The position numbers and the translations under genes are program-made. DNA of 64,000 bases from Planctomycetota bacterium (GTDB lineage Bacteria; Planctomycetota; UBA1135; UBA2386), in contig OZ245006.1 in NCBI GenBank assembly GCA_965223545.1, positions 6,560,001 to 6,624,000 of the forward strand, written 5' to 3'. Under the pieces are notes generated by a model, which worked only from the letters and a program-made list of their open reading frames with translations, was not told where the DNA came from and ran no database searches. Shown here in pieces: positions 1 to 9,442 of the stretch (within the stretch, counting starts at the first letter, position 1; each line of letters begins with the position of its first letter).

Positions 1-2949
1 GGCGCCGACGCTTGTGTTCAACGCCATCGGAACGAACCCGAGCGCGGCAACCAGCGCCGTCATCAGGATCGGGCGCAGGCGCAGGAGTCGGGTCGCCTCG
101 ATTGCGTCCTCCACCGAGTGCCCCTCGTCGTCGATCTTGCGGCGGATCGTCGAGACCAGCACGAGGCCGTTGAGCACCGAGACACCCGAGACCGCAACGA
201 AGCCGACCCCGGCGGATATCGTGAACGGCATGTCCCGCAGCCACAGCGCGACAATCCCACCGAACGCCGCGAACGGCGCGCCCGTGGCGATCAAGAGTGC
301 ATCGACCAACGAGCGTGTGCTCAGGTAGAGCAAGAACAGGATTGCCGCCAACGCGATGGGAATGATGATCATCAGCCGGGTGCTTGCCCGCTGCAGATGC
401 TCGAACTGGCCGCCGAACGACACGAAGTAGCCGGGGGGCAGCTCGACGTCTGCCGCGATCGTCTTCTGTGCCTCTTCCACGAAGCCACCCAGGTCGCGAT
501 CCCGGACGTTGGCCTGCACGATCACGCGCCGCTTCTGCCACTCCCGGTTGATCGTCGATGGCCCCTCGACCTGGCGGAGATCGGCGAGCTCGGAGATCGG
601 AATGCGTTCGCCGGCCTCCGTCGGCACCCAGAGCTTGCGCACAGCCATCGGATCCGCGCGGTACCCGTCGGCCAACCGCACGACGAGGTCGAAGCGGCGC
701 TGGCCCTGACGCACTTCGCCGGCCTTGATCTCGCCGAGTGCCTGGACCAGGTCCAGCACGTGTTGACCCGGGATGCCGTGGCGTGCCAAGGCGTCGCGCT
801 TGAGCTCGACCTCGAGTACCGGCTGCCCGGTGACCTGCTCGGCGGTCACATCGGCTGCCCCCGGAATCCTCTCCAGGACTTCTTGGATCTCCGCGGCCTT
901 CGCCTTCAGCATCTCGAGGTCGTCGCCGAACAGCTTCACGCCGAGATCGGCGCGGATACCCGCCGTCATCTCGTTGACGCGCATCTCGATCGGCTGGGTG
1001 AAGATTGCCCGCATTCCGGGCATCACTTCGAGCGCGGTCTGCATCCTCGTCGTCAGCTCGGACTGTGTCTCCGCCTTCGTCCACTTGGAGCGAGGCGTGA
1101 GCGTGACGAACACGTCCGTGACCTCCAGCCCCATCGGGTCGGTAACAACCTGCGGAGTGCCGGTGCGACTCCAGACGTCCCGAATCTCGTCGGGGAATTC
1201 ATCCTTCAACAGCTGCTCGAGTCGTAGCCCGTAACGCACCGACTCATCGAGAGAGACACCGGCCAGCCGCACGGTGTTGATGGCGATCGCCTCCTCGTAG
1301 AGACGCGGGATGAAGGTGGTGCCGAGACGCGTCGCCAGCAGAGCGCCCACGACCAGAACGGCGAGACCGCCCAGCGCCACCGTGCGCCGGAAGCGAATCG
1401 CGAAGCGGACGACCGGGCGGTAGACCCACTGCGCGAATCGGACGATGGGGTTCCCTCGTTCGGCTGCTTTCCTGCCGAGCCCGAAGCTCGCAAGCACCGG
1501 GATCAGCGTCAACGAAAACACCAGCGAACCGGTCAATGCGAAGATGACCGTGAGCGCCATCGGCCGGAAGAGCTGGCCCTCGATGCCTTCGAGCAGCAGA
1601 ATCGGCAGGTAGACGATCAGGATGATCAGCTCACCGAACATCGTCGGCTTGCGCACCTCGAGAGTAGCGTCCCGTACGATGTCCAGGGTTGGTCTCGTGC
1701 CGCGCTCGAGTCCCAGGCGCCGCACGCAGTTCTCGATGATGATCACCGAGCTGTCGACGACGAGACCGAAGTCGATCGCGCCGAGGCTCAGCAGACTCGC
1801 GGCGATGCCGAAGCGCAGCATCGCGCTGAACGAGAACAACATGGCCAGCGGGATGGCCGCGGCGACGATGAGTCCTGCACGCAGGTTGCCGAGGAACACG
1901 AACAGGACGGCGATCACCAGGAGCGCGCCCTCCAGGAGGTTCGTGCGCACCGTCGCGATCACGCGGTCGACGAGTTCGGTCCGTTCGTAGAGGACATCGA
2001 TCTCTACGCCCTCGGGCAGGCTGTTCCCCGCCTCTAGGAGCCGCTTCTCGAGCCGCTGCGTCACGTCGTGACTGTTCTCACCCATCAGCATGAAGCCGAG
2101 CCCCAGCACGACCTCGCCCTTGCCGTTGGCCGTCACCGCGCCGCGTCGGATCTGGTGACCATCGCGCACATCGCCGACATCGCGCAGAAGCACCGGCACG
2201 CCGTCGTGTGCCGTCACGACGATCGACTCGAGCTGGGCGATCGTCGTCGCCAGGCCGATGCCGTGCACTAGATGCAGCTCTCCGGCATCGGCGATGACGC
2301 CACCGCCAACGTTCTCGTTGTTCTTGCGCAGCGTTTCGATGACGTCGTCAAGCGTCAGGCCGTACTTGATCAGCCTGTAGGGGTCGACGATCACGTGATA
2401 CTGCCGGCGCTCGCCTCCCCAAGTATTCACTTCGGCCACGCCGGGAACGGTGAGCAGCTGAGGGCGGATGACCCAGTCGTGCAGCGTGGTCAGCTCGGCC
2501 AGCGAGTGCTTCTTGCCGCGCACCACGTAATGCAGCACTTCACCCAGCCCGGTCGCCACCGGCCCCATCTGTGGCCTCGGCAAACCCGCGGGCAGCTCGA
2601 CTGCCTGCAGCCGTTCGTTGATCAGCTGCCGCGCGAAGTAGATGTCCGTCCCCTCGTCGAACACGGCCACGACCTGCGAGAACCCGAACTTCGAGACCGA
2701 GCGCACGTCGCGCAGCGCCGGCAGACCGCCGATCGTCTGCTCGACAGGGAACGTGATCTGCTGCTCGATCTCGGTGGGGTTCAGCGACGGCGCCCCGGTG
2801 TTGATCTGCACCTGCACCGGAGTCGTGTCGGGGAACGCGTCGATCGGCAGCCGCGCAAGTGACCAGAATCCCGCTCCGATGAACCCAGCAGAGAAAACGA
2901 GGACGATGAGCCGATTGCGCAGCGACCAGGAGACGATGGCGTCGAACAT
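1..2949 (-). CDS. CusA/CzcA family heavy-metal efflux RND transporter (3' end runs off the window)
   Basis: Missing from the ORF track because it has no stop in the window. Read manually from ATG at 2949: MFDAIVSWSLRNRLIVLV...ARLPIDAFPDTTPVQVQINT. Also has the SLGAIDFGLVVDSSVIIIEN motif and lies downstream of adaptor and TolC genes. Confidence 0.93.
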   Translation of the reverse strand, partial: MFDAIVSWSLRNRLIVLVFSAGFIGAGFWSLARLPIDAFPDTTPVQVQINTGAPSLNPTEIEQQITFPVEQTIGGLPALRDVRSVSKFGFSQVVAVFDEGTDIYFARQLINERLQAVELPAGLPRPQMGPVATGLGEVLHYVVRGKKHSLAELTTLHDWVIRPQLLTVPGVAEVNTWGGERRQYHVIVDPYRLIKYGLTLDDVIETLRKNNENVGGGVIADAGELHLVHGIGLATTIAQLESIVVTAHDGVPVLLRDVGDVRDGHQIRRGAVTANGKGEVVLGLGFMLMGENSHDVTQRLEKRLLEAGNSLPEGVEIDVLYERTELVDRVIATVRTNLLEGALLVIAVLFVFLGNLRAGLIVAAAIPLAMLFSFSAMLRFGIAASLLSLGAIDFGLVVDSSVIIIENCVRRLGLERGTRPTLDIVRDATLEVRKPTMFGELIILIVYLPILLLEGIEGQLFRPMALTVIFALTGSLVFSLTLIPVLASFGLGRKAAERGNPIVRFAQWVYRPVVRFAIRFRRTVALGGLAVLVVGALLATRLGTTFIPRLYEEAIAINTVRLAGVSLDESVRYGLRLEQLLKDEFPDEIRDVWSRTGTPQVVTDPMGLEVTDVFVTLTPRSKWTKAETQSELTTRMQTALEVMPGMRAIFTQPIEMRVNEMTAGIRADLGVKLFGDDLEMLKAKAAEIQEVLERIPGAADVTAEQVTGQPVLEVELKRDALARHGIPGQHVLDLVQALGEIKAGEVRQGQRRFDLVVRLADGYRADPMAVRKLWVPTEAGERIPISELADLRQVEGPSTINREWQKRRVIVQANVRDRDLGGFVEEAQKTIAADVELPPGYFVSFGGQFEHLQRASTRLMIIIPIALAAILFLLYLSTRSLVDALLIATGAPFAAFGGIVALWLRDMPFTISAGVGFVAVSGVSVLNGLVLVSTIRRKIDDEGHSVEDAIEATRLLRLRPILMTALVAALGFVPMALNTSVGA

Positions 2950-2956
2950 TGAGTCG

Positions 2957-4492
2957 CTACTTGCCGAGGTGATCGACCTCGCAGCATCCCGCGCCGATGC
3001 TGCCCTTCTTGAGCTCGGTCTTGAGCAGGAAGCTGCCTCGGGTGACCACGTGATCACCCGCGTTCAGCCCCGAGAGAACCTCGTAGTACTCGCCCGTGTC
3101 GTAGCCGAGGTGGAGCTTTCGCGGCGCAAACTCGGTTCGCGACCGCTGCACGAAGGCGACGTTGCAGCACCCTTCCCACTGCACGGCGGCCTTCGGAACG
3201 AACAAGGCTGGCTCCCCGTCACGAGTCACGATCCGGACCCGGCCGAACATGCCCGCGCGCAGCTGGCCACGGTCGTTCTCGAGCTCCGCACGCACCTTTA
3301 CCGTCCGCGTCCGCGGATCGACTTGCGTGCTGATCCAGGCCACGCGTCCCGCGAAGGTCTCGCCGGGTATGCCATCCAAGTTCAGGAGAAGCGCCTGGCC
3401 GGCGGACACACCTGCGATGTCACCCTGCTCGACGTCCGCGAGGACCCAGATGCGCGACGTGTCCGCGACCGAGACCAGCGCACCCGACGGATCAGCGAGT
3501 TGGCCAATCACCGCGCGAAGCTCGACGACGATTCCAGAGAACGGCGACACGAGCTCCAATCGCGTCGACGTGTCGCCGTTCTCCAGGACTTTCGTGATCT
3601 TCGCCGCGTCGAGACCGAGGTTGCGGAGCTGCTGCTCCGCCGCTGAGACGGCGATGCGGCTTTCGGTCAGATGCGTGCTCGACTCGAGGACGTCCTTCTC
3701 GGTCGACAGACTCTTCTCGAGTAGTTGCTTCTCTCGCGCGTGGTTCCTCTCCCACAGCTCCACGCGTGCGGACGCCTGGAGAAGATCCGACTTGGCCGTG
3801 CCGAGCGCCGCGGAGTCGACGACGAGCAGCACGTCGCCGGTCTCGACGCGATCACCGAGTCGCTTGCGCACCTCGACCACGTTGCCCGGAGCGCGCGACG
3901 CCAGCACGGCGTGGCGTGTTGCGTCGTAGTACAGCTCGGCCGGAGCGGAAAGCACCCGCCGCAACGGGGCGCGGCTCACTTCGGCGACCTCCAGTCCCGC
4001 GCGAGTGGCAACGTTGGGATTCGCGAAGCGGATGGTGCTCCGCTCCGTGGCACACGTCACCGACGGCATGCGGCGGACTCTCGGTGAATCATCTCGGACG
4101 ATCTCGATCTCAGGAGTCAGTGCCGGGAGCACGCCACCCGTAGGGTCGTACTTGCGGTACTTCTCCAGTGTGCCCGGATTGCAGAGCTCGCACTGTGACT
4201 CCGACACGCCGTGTCCCCCGCACCAATCGTTGCGTGCACGGAACACCGGCTCCAGGTCGGCTCTGCAGCGCGAGCAGATTGCCTCGGGGACCCCGTGCTC
4301 TTTGCAGAAGCCCATCGACTCGAGCAGCGCCGGATCGCAGAACGGGCAGCGCTCGATGCCATGCTCGGCGCACGCACCCGCTGCACTCTCGCTGCGAGTC
4401 GCAAAGAACTCCGTCGCCCCGAAGATACCGCCACCGATCGCGGCGACGACCGCGACGAGGAGGATGCCCAACAGCTTCGCCTTCGTGCTCAT
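2957..4492 (-). CDS. RND efflux periplasmic adaptor (CzcB/CusB-like) with N-terminal Cys/His-rich module
   Basis: N-terminal TM; lipoyl-like and beta-barrel MFP motifs (SPFSGIVVEL, VDPRTRTVKVRAEL, LRAGMFG); three CxxHG..CxxC units; ends GAGCCEVDHLGK. Confidence 0.9.
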   Translation of the reverse strand: MSTKAKLLGILLVAVVAAIGGGIFGATEFFATRSESAAGACAEHGIERCPFCDPALLESMGFCKEHGVPEAICSRCRADLEPVFRARNDWCGGHGVSESQCELCNPGTLEKYRKYDPTGGVLPALTPEIEIVRDDSPRVRRMPSVTCATERSTIRFANPNVATRAGLEVAEVSRAPLRRVLSAPAELYYDATRHAVLASRAPGNVVEVRKRLGDRVETGDVLLVVDSAALGTAKSDLLQASARVELWERNHAREKQLLEKSLSTEKDVLESSTHLTESRIAVSAAEQQLRNLGLDAAKITKVLENGDTSTRLELVSPFSGIVVELRAVIGQLADPSGALVSVADTSRIWVLADVEQGDIAGVSAGQALLLNLDGIPGETFAGRVAWISTQVDPRTRTVKVRAELENDRGQLRAGMFGRVRIVTRDGEPALFVPKAAVQWEGCCNVAFVQRSRTEFAPRKLHLGYDTGEYYEVLSGLNAGDHVVTRGSFLLKTELKKGSIGAGCCEVDHLGK

Positions 4493-5115
4493 TCCTTCGA
4501 TTCGCCGGATGCGTACTTGCGGAACTGTGCGAGGGATCCGGGGTTGCAGATCTCACAGTGCGACTCGGGCAGGCCATGTTCGGCGCACCAGTCGTTCTTC
4601 TTGCGGAAGGCAGCTTCCAGGTCGTCGCGACATCGCGTGCAGACCGCCTCGGGAACGCCATGACCACTGCAGAAACCCATCGACGAAAGCAGTGACGGAT
4701 CGCAGAACGGACATCGCGCGATTCCGTGTTCCTCGCACTTCGCCGGCGTGGAACGGCTGTTGTCGTACTGGGCAAACTTCGCGAGGGCGCCCGGGTTGCA
4801 GGTCTCGCACTGCGACTCCGGTAGCCCGTGTTCGGCACACCAGTCGTTCTTGCCTCGAAACGCCGCCTCAAGGTCGGCGCGGCACCGTGTGCAGATCGCT
4901 TCGGGGACGCCGTGTCCGCTGCAGAAACCCATCGACCCGAGGAGAGACGGGTCGCAGAACGGGCATCTCGCGACCCCATGCACCTCGCAAGCCGCTGGCG
5001 CCGCCTTTTCGGATTCGGAGCCGGACCCGAGAAACACCTTCGTGCCGTACAGGCCGCCCACCGCAGCGGCCGCTGCGACGACCAGGGCGAGGACGATCCA
5101 CATCGTGTTCTTCAT
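4489..5115 (-). CDS. Membrane-anchored Cys/His-rich tandem-repeat protein, putative metal-binding (208 aa)
   Basis: True start is ATG 5115 (MKNTMWIVLALVV), coupled by ATGA overlaps to both neighbours. Contains six CxxHG..CxxC units. Confidence 0.85.
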   Translation of the reverse strand: MKNTMWIVLALVVAAAAAVGGLYGTKVFLGSGSESEKAAPAACEVHGVARCPFCDPSLLGSMGFCSGHGVPEAICTRCRADLEAAFRGKNDWCAEHGLPESQCETCNPGALAKFAQYDNSRSTPAKCEEHGIARCPFCDPSLLSSMGFCSGHGVPEAVCTRCRDDLEAAFRKKNDWCAEHGLPESHCEICNPGSLAQFRKYASGESKE

Positions 5116-6497
5116 GGTTGTTTCCTCGGAGGAGGACTGAACAGAGTCTCGCGCGGGACACCGGTCGCGAGCTCGAGGTCGGACAGCGCGGTCGCCGCCT
5201 GCTGCAGGCGCTGGAGATGGTCGCGACGAGCCGCGAGCAGGTTTCGCTGTGACTCGAGAACGGGCAGGATCGTTGATTTCCCGACCCGATAGGACTCGCG
5301 CGCGAGGTTGAGAGTCTCTTGCGAGCGAACCAGAATCTGCTCCGCGTAGATCCGCACCGTGTCTCGACTGGCTTCGGTGCGAGCGCGCGCCACCCCGACG
5401 TCCCGTCGAGCGTCCAGGCGGAACGTCTCGAGGACTTGCTGCTGCCGGGCAAAAGAGTCCGCTGCTTTGGCGATCTGCGCCTGGTTCTGGTCGAACACCG
5501 GCAACTCGAGCCGCACGGCCGGCCCGACGTTCCAATCGCCCTCCTTCTCCGCGGCTACGCCGACGTCGAACACGCGTACAACGCGACCTCGTTGCCGTGC
5601 CAGCTCAGCGGCTGCCTCCTCCATGGCTTGCTGCGCGGCGCGCACGTCGAGGCGGTGTGCCTCTGCAAGCTCGTGCAGCCGCTCGGCTGACGGCAACGGG
5701 GCTGCTTGATCTTCGAAGTCGGTCCCCAGGGAACACGCCAACGGCAGTGCCTCGAGCCCGAGATGGTTCGCCAGCTCCTGTCGCGCTTCTAGCACAGCCA
5801 GCCGGGCATCGCGCAAGCCGACGTCCGTCGCGGCCAAGTCGAGGCGCGCGAGGTTCTCGTCGATCGCCGTGGCGGCACGTGCAGCGACGCGTTCTTCAGC
5901 CAACTGGAATAGGCGCACCGCGGTCGCCCGGTTCTCTTCCGCGATCGCGACGAGGCGCTCCGCCGTGACAGCGTCGATGTAGGTGGATCGAACCGCTCCA
6001 GCGAGGCTGACGGCGGTGTGGGCGACCTGCAGAACCTGCCGGCGGAGGGCTGCGTCCGCCGTATCGATGCGCGCGGGGAGTTGCCACAGGTCGAGGAGGC
6101 TCCCGAGAAGGTTGCCTTCGACGTCCGTGCCGCCGCCGTTGGTCGGGAAGCGCAGTGCGAGCATCAGCGAAGGATTCGTCAACATGCCCGCCTGCACTCG
6201 GTCGGCCTTGGCCATGCCAATGGTCCGGAACGCGCCCTGGATTGCGGGGTTGTTGAGCATGGCGACTTCGACCGCCTCGCGCAGCGAGAGGTCGCCGTCC
6301 AACAGCTCACGCGCACGCTGCGCGCAGGAGTCTTCTTCCCCAGGTCGGTACGCAGACTGCACGCCGGTTGCCGCACGAATCTCTTGAACCGCGCGGTCGT
6401 AGTCGGGGCTGGGATCAACGGTGGCACACGCCGTGAGCAAACACCACGAACCTGCAGCCGCGCAGGCCACGCGTAGGCGACTACTGCTGCACGCCAC
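5112..6497 (-). CDS. TolC/CzcC family outer-membrane efflux lipoprotein
   Basis: Lipobox LTAC; OEP motifs (AMLNNPAIQ, LELPVFDQNQ, YRVGKSTILPVLESQR). Start GTG 6497 is inferred; GTG 6470 is an alternative. Confidence 0.88.
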   Translation of the reverse strand: MACSSSRLRVACAAAGSWCLLTACATVDPSPDYDRAVQEIRAATGVQSAYRPGEEDSCAQRARELLDGDLSLREAVEVAMLNNPAIQGAFRTIGMAKADRVQAGMLTNPSLMLALRFPTNGGGTDVEGNLLGSLLDLWQLPARIDTADAALRRQVLQVAHTAVSLAGAVRSTYIDAVTAERLVAIAEENRATAVRLFQLAEERVAARAATAIDENLARLDLAATDVGLRDARLAVLEARQELANHLGLEALPLACSLGTDFEDQAAPLPSAERLHELAEAHRLDVRAAQQAMEEAAAELARQRGRVVRVFDVGVAAEKEGDWNVGPAVRLELPVFDQNQAQIAKAADSFARQQQVLETFRLDARRDVGVARARTEASRDTVRIYAEQILVRSQETLNLARESYRVGKSTILPVLESQRNLLAARRDHLQRLQQAATALSDLELATGVPRETLFSPPPRKQP

Positions 6498-6852
6498 CGA
6501 GCTTCCCTGCCACGGATTCCGCGATCTCGAGCCAAAACGGATCCGCGATCCGGTAGTACGCGAGCTTGCCGTCCGCGCGGAAAGCGACGGCACCGAGACG
6601 ACGCAGCTCGCGAAGCTGCTGCGACATGCCCGACATCGACAGGCCGAGGACATGCGCCAGGTCGCAAACGCAGAGCTCACGACCCTCGAGCGCCTTGAGG
6701 ACGCGCAGGCGTCCCGGGTGTGCCAGCACCTTGAGCGCGGCGGCGACCTCTCGGCTGACCTCCATCGGCGGCAGCGCCGCACGGGCCGCGGTTGCCCTTG
6801 GCCCGTCGACGCAGTCGACCTCGCACACGCCCTCTTTGACCCGTCGCTTCAT
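6481..6852 (-). CDS. ArsR/SmtB (CadC-like) metal-responsive repressor
   Basis: LKVLAHPGRLRVL, ELCVCDLA and SQQLRELR winged HTH; N-terminal CEVDC; first gene of the efflux operon. Confidence 0.92.
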   Translation of the reverse strand: MKRRVKEGVCEVDCVDGPRATAARAALPPMEVSREVAAALKVLAHPGRLRVLKALEGRELCVCDLAHVLGLSMSGMSQQLRELRRLGAVAFRADGKLAYYRIADPFWLEIAESVAGKLGGVQQ

Positions 6853-7453
6853 GATTCTTGATTTCGTAAACTGAGGAATCGTTCTTGAGCAGAATACTCC
6901 CGGATTCCGTTACCGCAACTCCGAGTGGGGGCTTGTCCCGTCGCTGTCAAGGGCGGTTCTCGTTCGTCGACGCTTCGATGCGCTCCAGGGGGGGGGAAGC
7001 GATTCCGGCTCCCCGGGCAGACCCATGGGCAGCGGTAGGGCTCCCGTCGGGGCCCGGCAGCCGGGCAGGCACCAGTTGTCCCTGAGTTGCAGGCAGGTCC
7101 TCGGGTGGAGCCACACTCCGGTGACCAGCGGGAAGCAGGGGACAGCACTGCAGTGCAAGGACCGTCGCGGAGCGCTGCGGTCGGCCTTCACGCAGACTCA
7201 TGAGCGACTTGAGGCTCTTCCTCGACTGGGCGCCCGACCATCACACGACATGTGCTCTTGGATGCGGTCGAGTCGCTAGTCGTGGTGAGGCTGGGAGTTC
7301 AGTTCGTCGACGATCCGTTGAAGCACGTAGCTGAGTGCACTCCGCTCAGGTGCGACAGCTGTTGCTCCAAACACGACACGGTAGCAGGTTACGAAGGGCC
7401 CGCAGGATGGCCTTCAAGTCTTGTTACCATGGTTGCCGACGACTAGTTTCGAG

Positions 7454-7921
7454 ATGGTGACTTCCCGTACGCACACCAAGCGCGCGACGACCTGGCTCTG
7501 CCTGGCGATTGCGGTGCTCATCGCCCTGATGCCGGCGGGCGGGCTGATGGTGTGTTGGGGTGACGACGGGCACGTGCGCGTCGAAGTTGCCAGCGAAACC
7601 GGCTCATGTCCTTGCGAGGGGGACTCGGCGGGGGAAACCGGCCGAGCAAGCGTTCATCAGCAGAGCAAGGACCGCCACCCACCGTGCGACGATGTTGCGG
7701 TTGAGGCACCGAGAGTCTTCAAGGACGCAGAGCTCGGCCAGAAGCTGCCTCGGTCCACCGACAACCAGCCAGATGACGACTCGGCAGCGGGGGCAGCCTG
7801 GGGAGCGCATGGCAGCTGGGGAACCGGGGTAGGCAGTCCGGTTGCACGCTGGTCTAGTCCGGCAGCTGTGCTGCCGCGACAGCAGCTCGACCACGGGCGC
7901 ACTGTTGTCCTGCTGATCTGA
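7454..7921 (+). CDS. Hypothetical exported protein with Cys/His residues, first gene of the second efflux operon
   Basis: Hydrophobic N-terminus, VCWGDDGH, CPC and HPPC motifs; lies directly before TolC. Start is uncertain. Confidence 0.6.
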   Translation: MVTSRTHTKRATTWLCLAIAVLIALMPAGGLMVCWGDDGHVRVEVASETGSCPCEGDSAGETGRASVHQQSKDRHPPCDDVAVEAPRVFKDAELGQKLPRSTDNQPDDDSAAGAAWGAHGSWGTGVGSPVARWSSPAAVLPRQQLDHGRTVVLLI

Positions 7922-7984
7922 TCCTCCGGGGTTCTGTTGCTTCGTCTCCGATCCGGAGACGTCCTGAGAACGCCGGAGGAAGTC

Positions 7985-9442
7985 TTGGAACTGCAGTCAC
8001 AAACCGCCACAGAGGCGGCATCTCTACAGCATCTACGAACGCCAGCGATGTGCTTGGTCGCGCTCGCGCTGACGTTGTCAGCGTGCGCAACCTACGCACC
8101 GGACCCTCTACCTCCTGACCGCTTCGAGGCCCTGTCCACGGAGCGCCAGGATATCGGTCCGAGTGGTCCGAACGACGAGCCGGGTGAGCTTTCGCTTGGC
8201 AAAGCCGCCGACTGGCTGCGAACACGAGGCCCGCGCGTTCGAGAAACGATTGCTGCGTATCGCACAGCGCTTGCGCGAGCTGGTGTCCCCACACCTTGGC
8301 CAAATCCAGGGATCGCTGTAGGGCCTGAGTTCGGCTGGGGCGCCGATGTTGACGTCAACAAGGTCGTGCCCTTTGGGAGCCTGAACTTCACGATCCCTCT
8401 GAGTGGGAGGCTGGGACGGCAAGACGAGGTGAACGAGGCGTTGGCGCACGCCGCACGTGCCGAGGCACTTGCGACGTTCCGCGAACTGTATCTGGACCTT
8501 CGAGCCCGGTACGTGCGACTCGCAGTTGCGCAGAAGCGCGAAGCAGTCAGAGGGAACGTCCTGGAGGCCGCACAGGCCTCGCTTGTCGTTGCCAACGATC
8601 TCGTTGCGGCGGGTGCGGCGACCGCGCTAGATGTTTCGCTGTTCCAGCTCGAGCACGCTCGCGAGCGAAGCCGAGCGTTGGGTGCCGCACTCCAGGTAAC
8701 CAACTCCGCTTCGGACCTTTCGGATCTCGTCGCGGTGAGCCCGTGGCGACTTGGAGCGCTTCCAGAGACAGCACTTCCCACGCCCCCAGAGGACGCCCCG
8801 GAGTTCGGCGAGCTGCGAGAGCTCATCGTCAAAGAGCACCCTACCCTGTTTCGCCTGCGGGCCGACTACGAGGTGGCCGAACGGCAGCTCCACCTCGAGA
8901 TCACCAAGCAATACCCCGATCTTACGTTTGGGTCGTCTCTCGGCGGCGAAGCTGGAGAGCGCACAACGATACTCGGGCTGAGCTTGGGGATAGAGATCCC
9001 GCTCTTTGACCGCAACCAGCAGGCCATCGCACAGGCCATCAAGCGACGAGAGGAATTGCGCATAGGGTACGAGAGCTCAGCTCACCGCATCCTCTCCGCG
9101 GTCGAACGCGCGCGCGCAACCGTGGTGCTGGCATCCGCGCAGCATCGCATCCTGCGAGATGAGGTGTTGCCCGCAGCAGAAGACAACGTCGAGATTGCGC
9201 GACAGTCGCTTGCCGCTGGCACGGCAGGTGCGCTCCAGCTTCTCGATGCCGAGCGCAGTTTCCGTCAAGTTCAAATCGAGGTCCTGGAAGCTCGGCTTGC
9301 GCAACAGCTCGCGTGGTCAGACCTCGAGAAGGCGGTCGGATTTCCGCTCGTCGAATTCCCTTCGGACCCGGCTGCCGGAGGGCGCACGCCACCGGGTGAA
9401 CTCACCGATCAACAAGGCAAGACTGAGGGAGAAGGACGATGA
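7985..9442 (+). CDS. TolC/CzcC family outer-membrane efflux lipoprotein
   Basis: GGAGGA RBS before TTG 7985; lipobox LSAC; IEIPLFDRNQ; LQLLDAER. Confidence 0.88.
   Translation: MELQSQTATEAASLQHLRTPAMCLVALALTLSACATYAPDPLPPDRFEALSTERQDIGPSGPNDEPGELSLGKAADWLRTRGPRVRETIAAYRTALARAGVPTPWPNPGIAVGPEFGWGADVDVNKVVPFGSLNFTIPLSGRLGRQDEVNEALAHAARAEALATFRELYLDLRARYVRLAVAQKREAVRGNVLEAAQASLVVANDLVAAGAATALDVSLFQLEHARERSRALGAALQVTNSASDLSDLVAVSPWRLGALPETALPTPPEDAPEFGELRELIVKEHPTLFRLRADYEVAERQLHLEITKQYPDLTFGSSLGGEAGERTTILGLSLGIEIPLFDRNQQAIAQAIKRREELRIGYESSAHRILSAVERARATVVLASAQHRILRDEVLPAAEDNVEIARQSLAAGTAGALQLLDAERSFRQVQIEVLEARLAQQLAWSDLEKAVGFPLVEFPSDPAAGGRTPPGELTDQQGKTEGEGR

Noticed and set aside
6900..7400. 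Metal-sensing (NiCo) riboswitch or small ORFs between the efflux operons
   Set aside because: GC-rich stems exist, but I could not match the conserved four-way junction by eye and the ORFs lack motifs; an Rfam/Infernal scan is needed.
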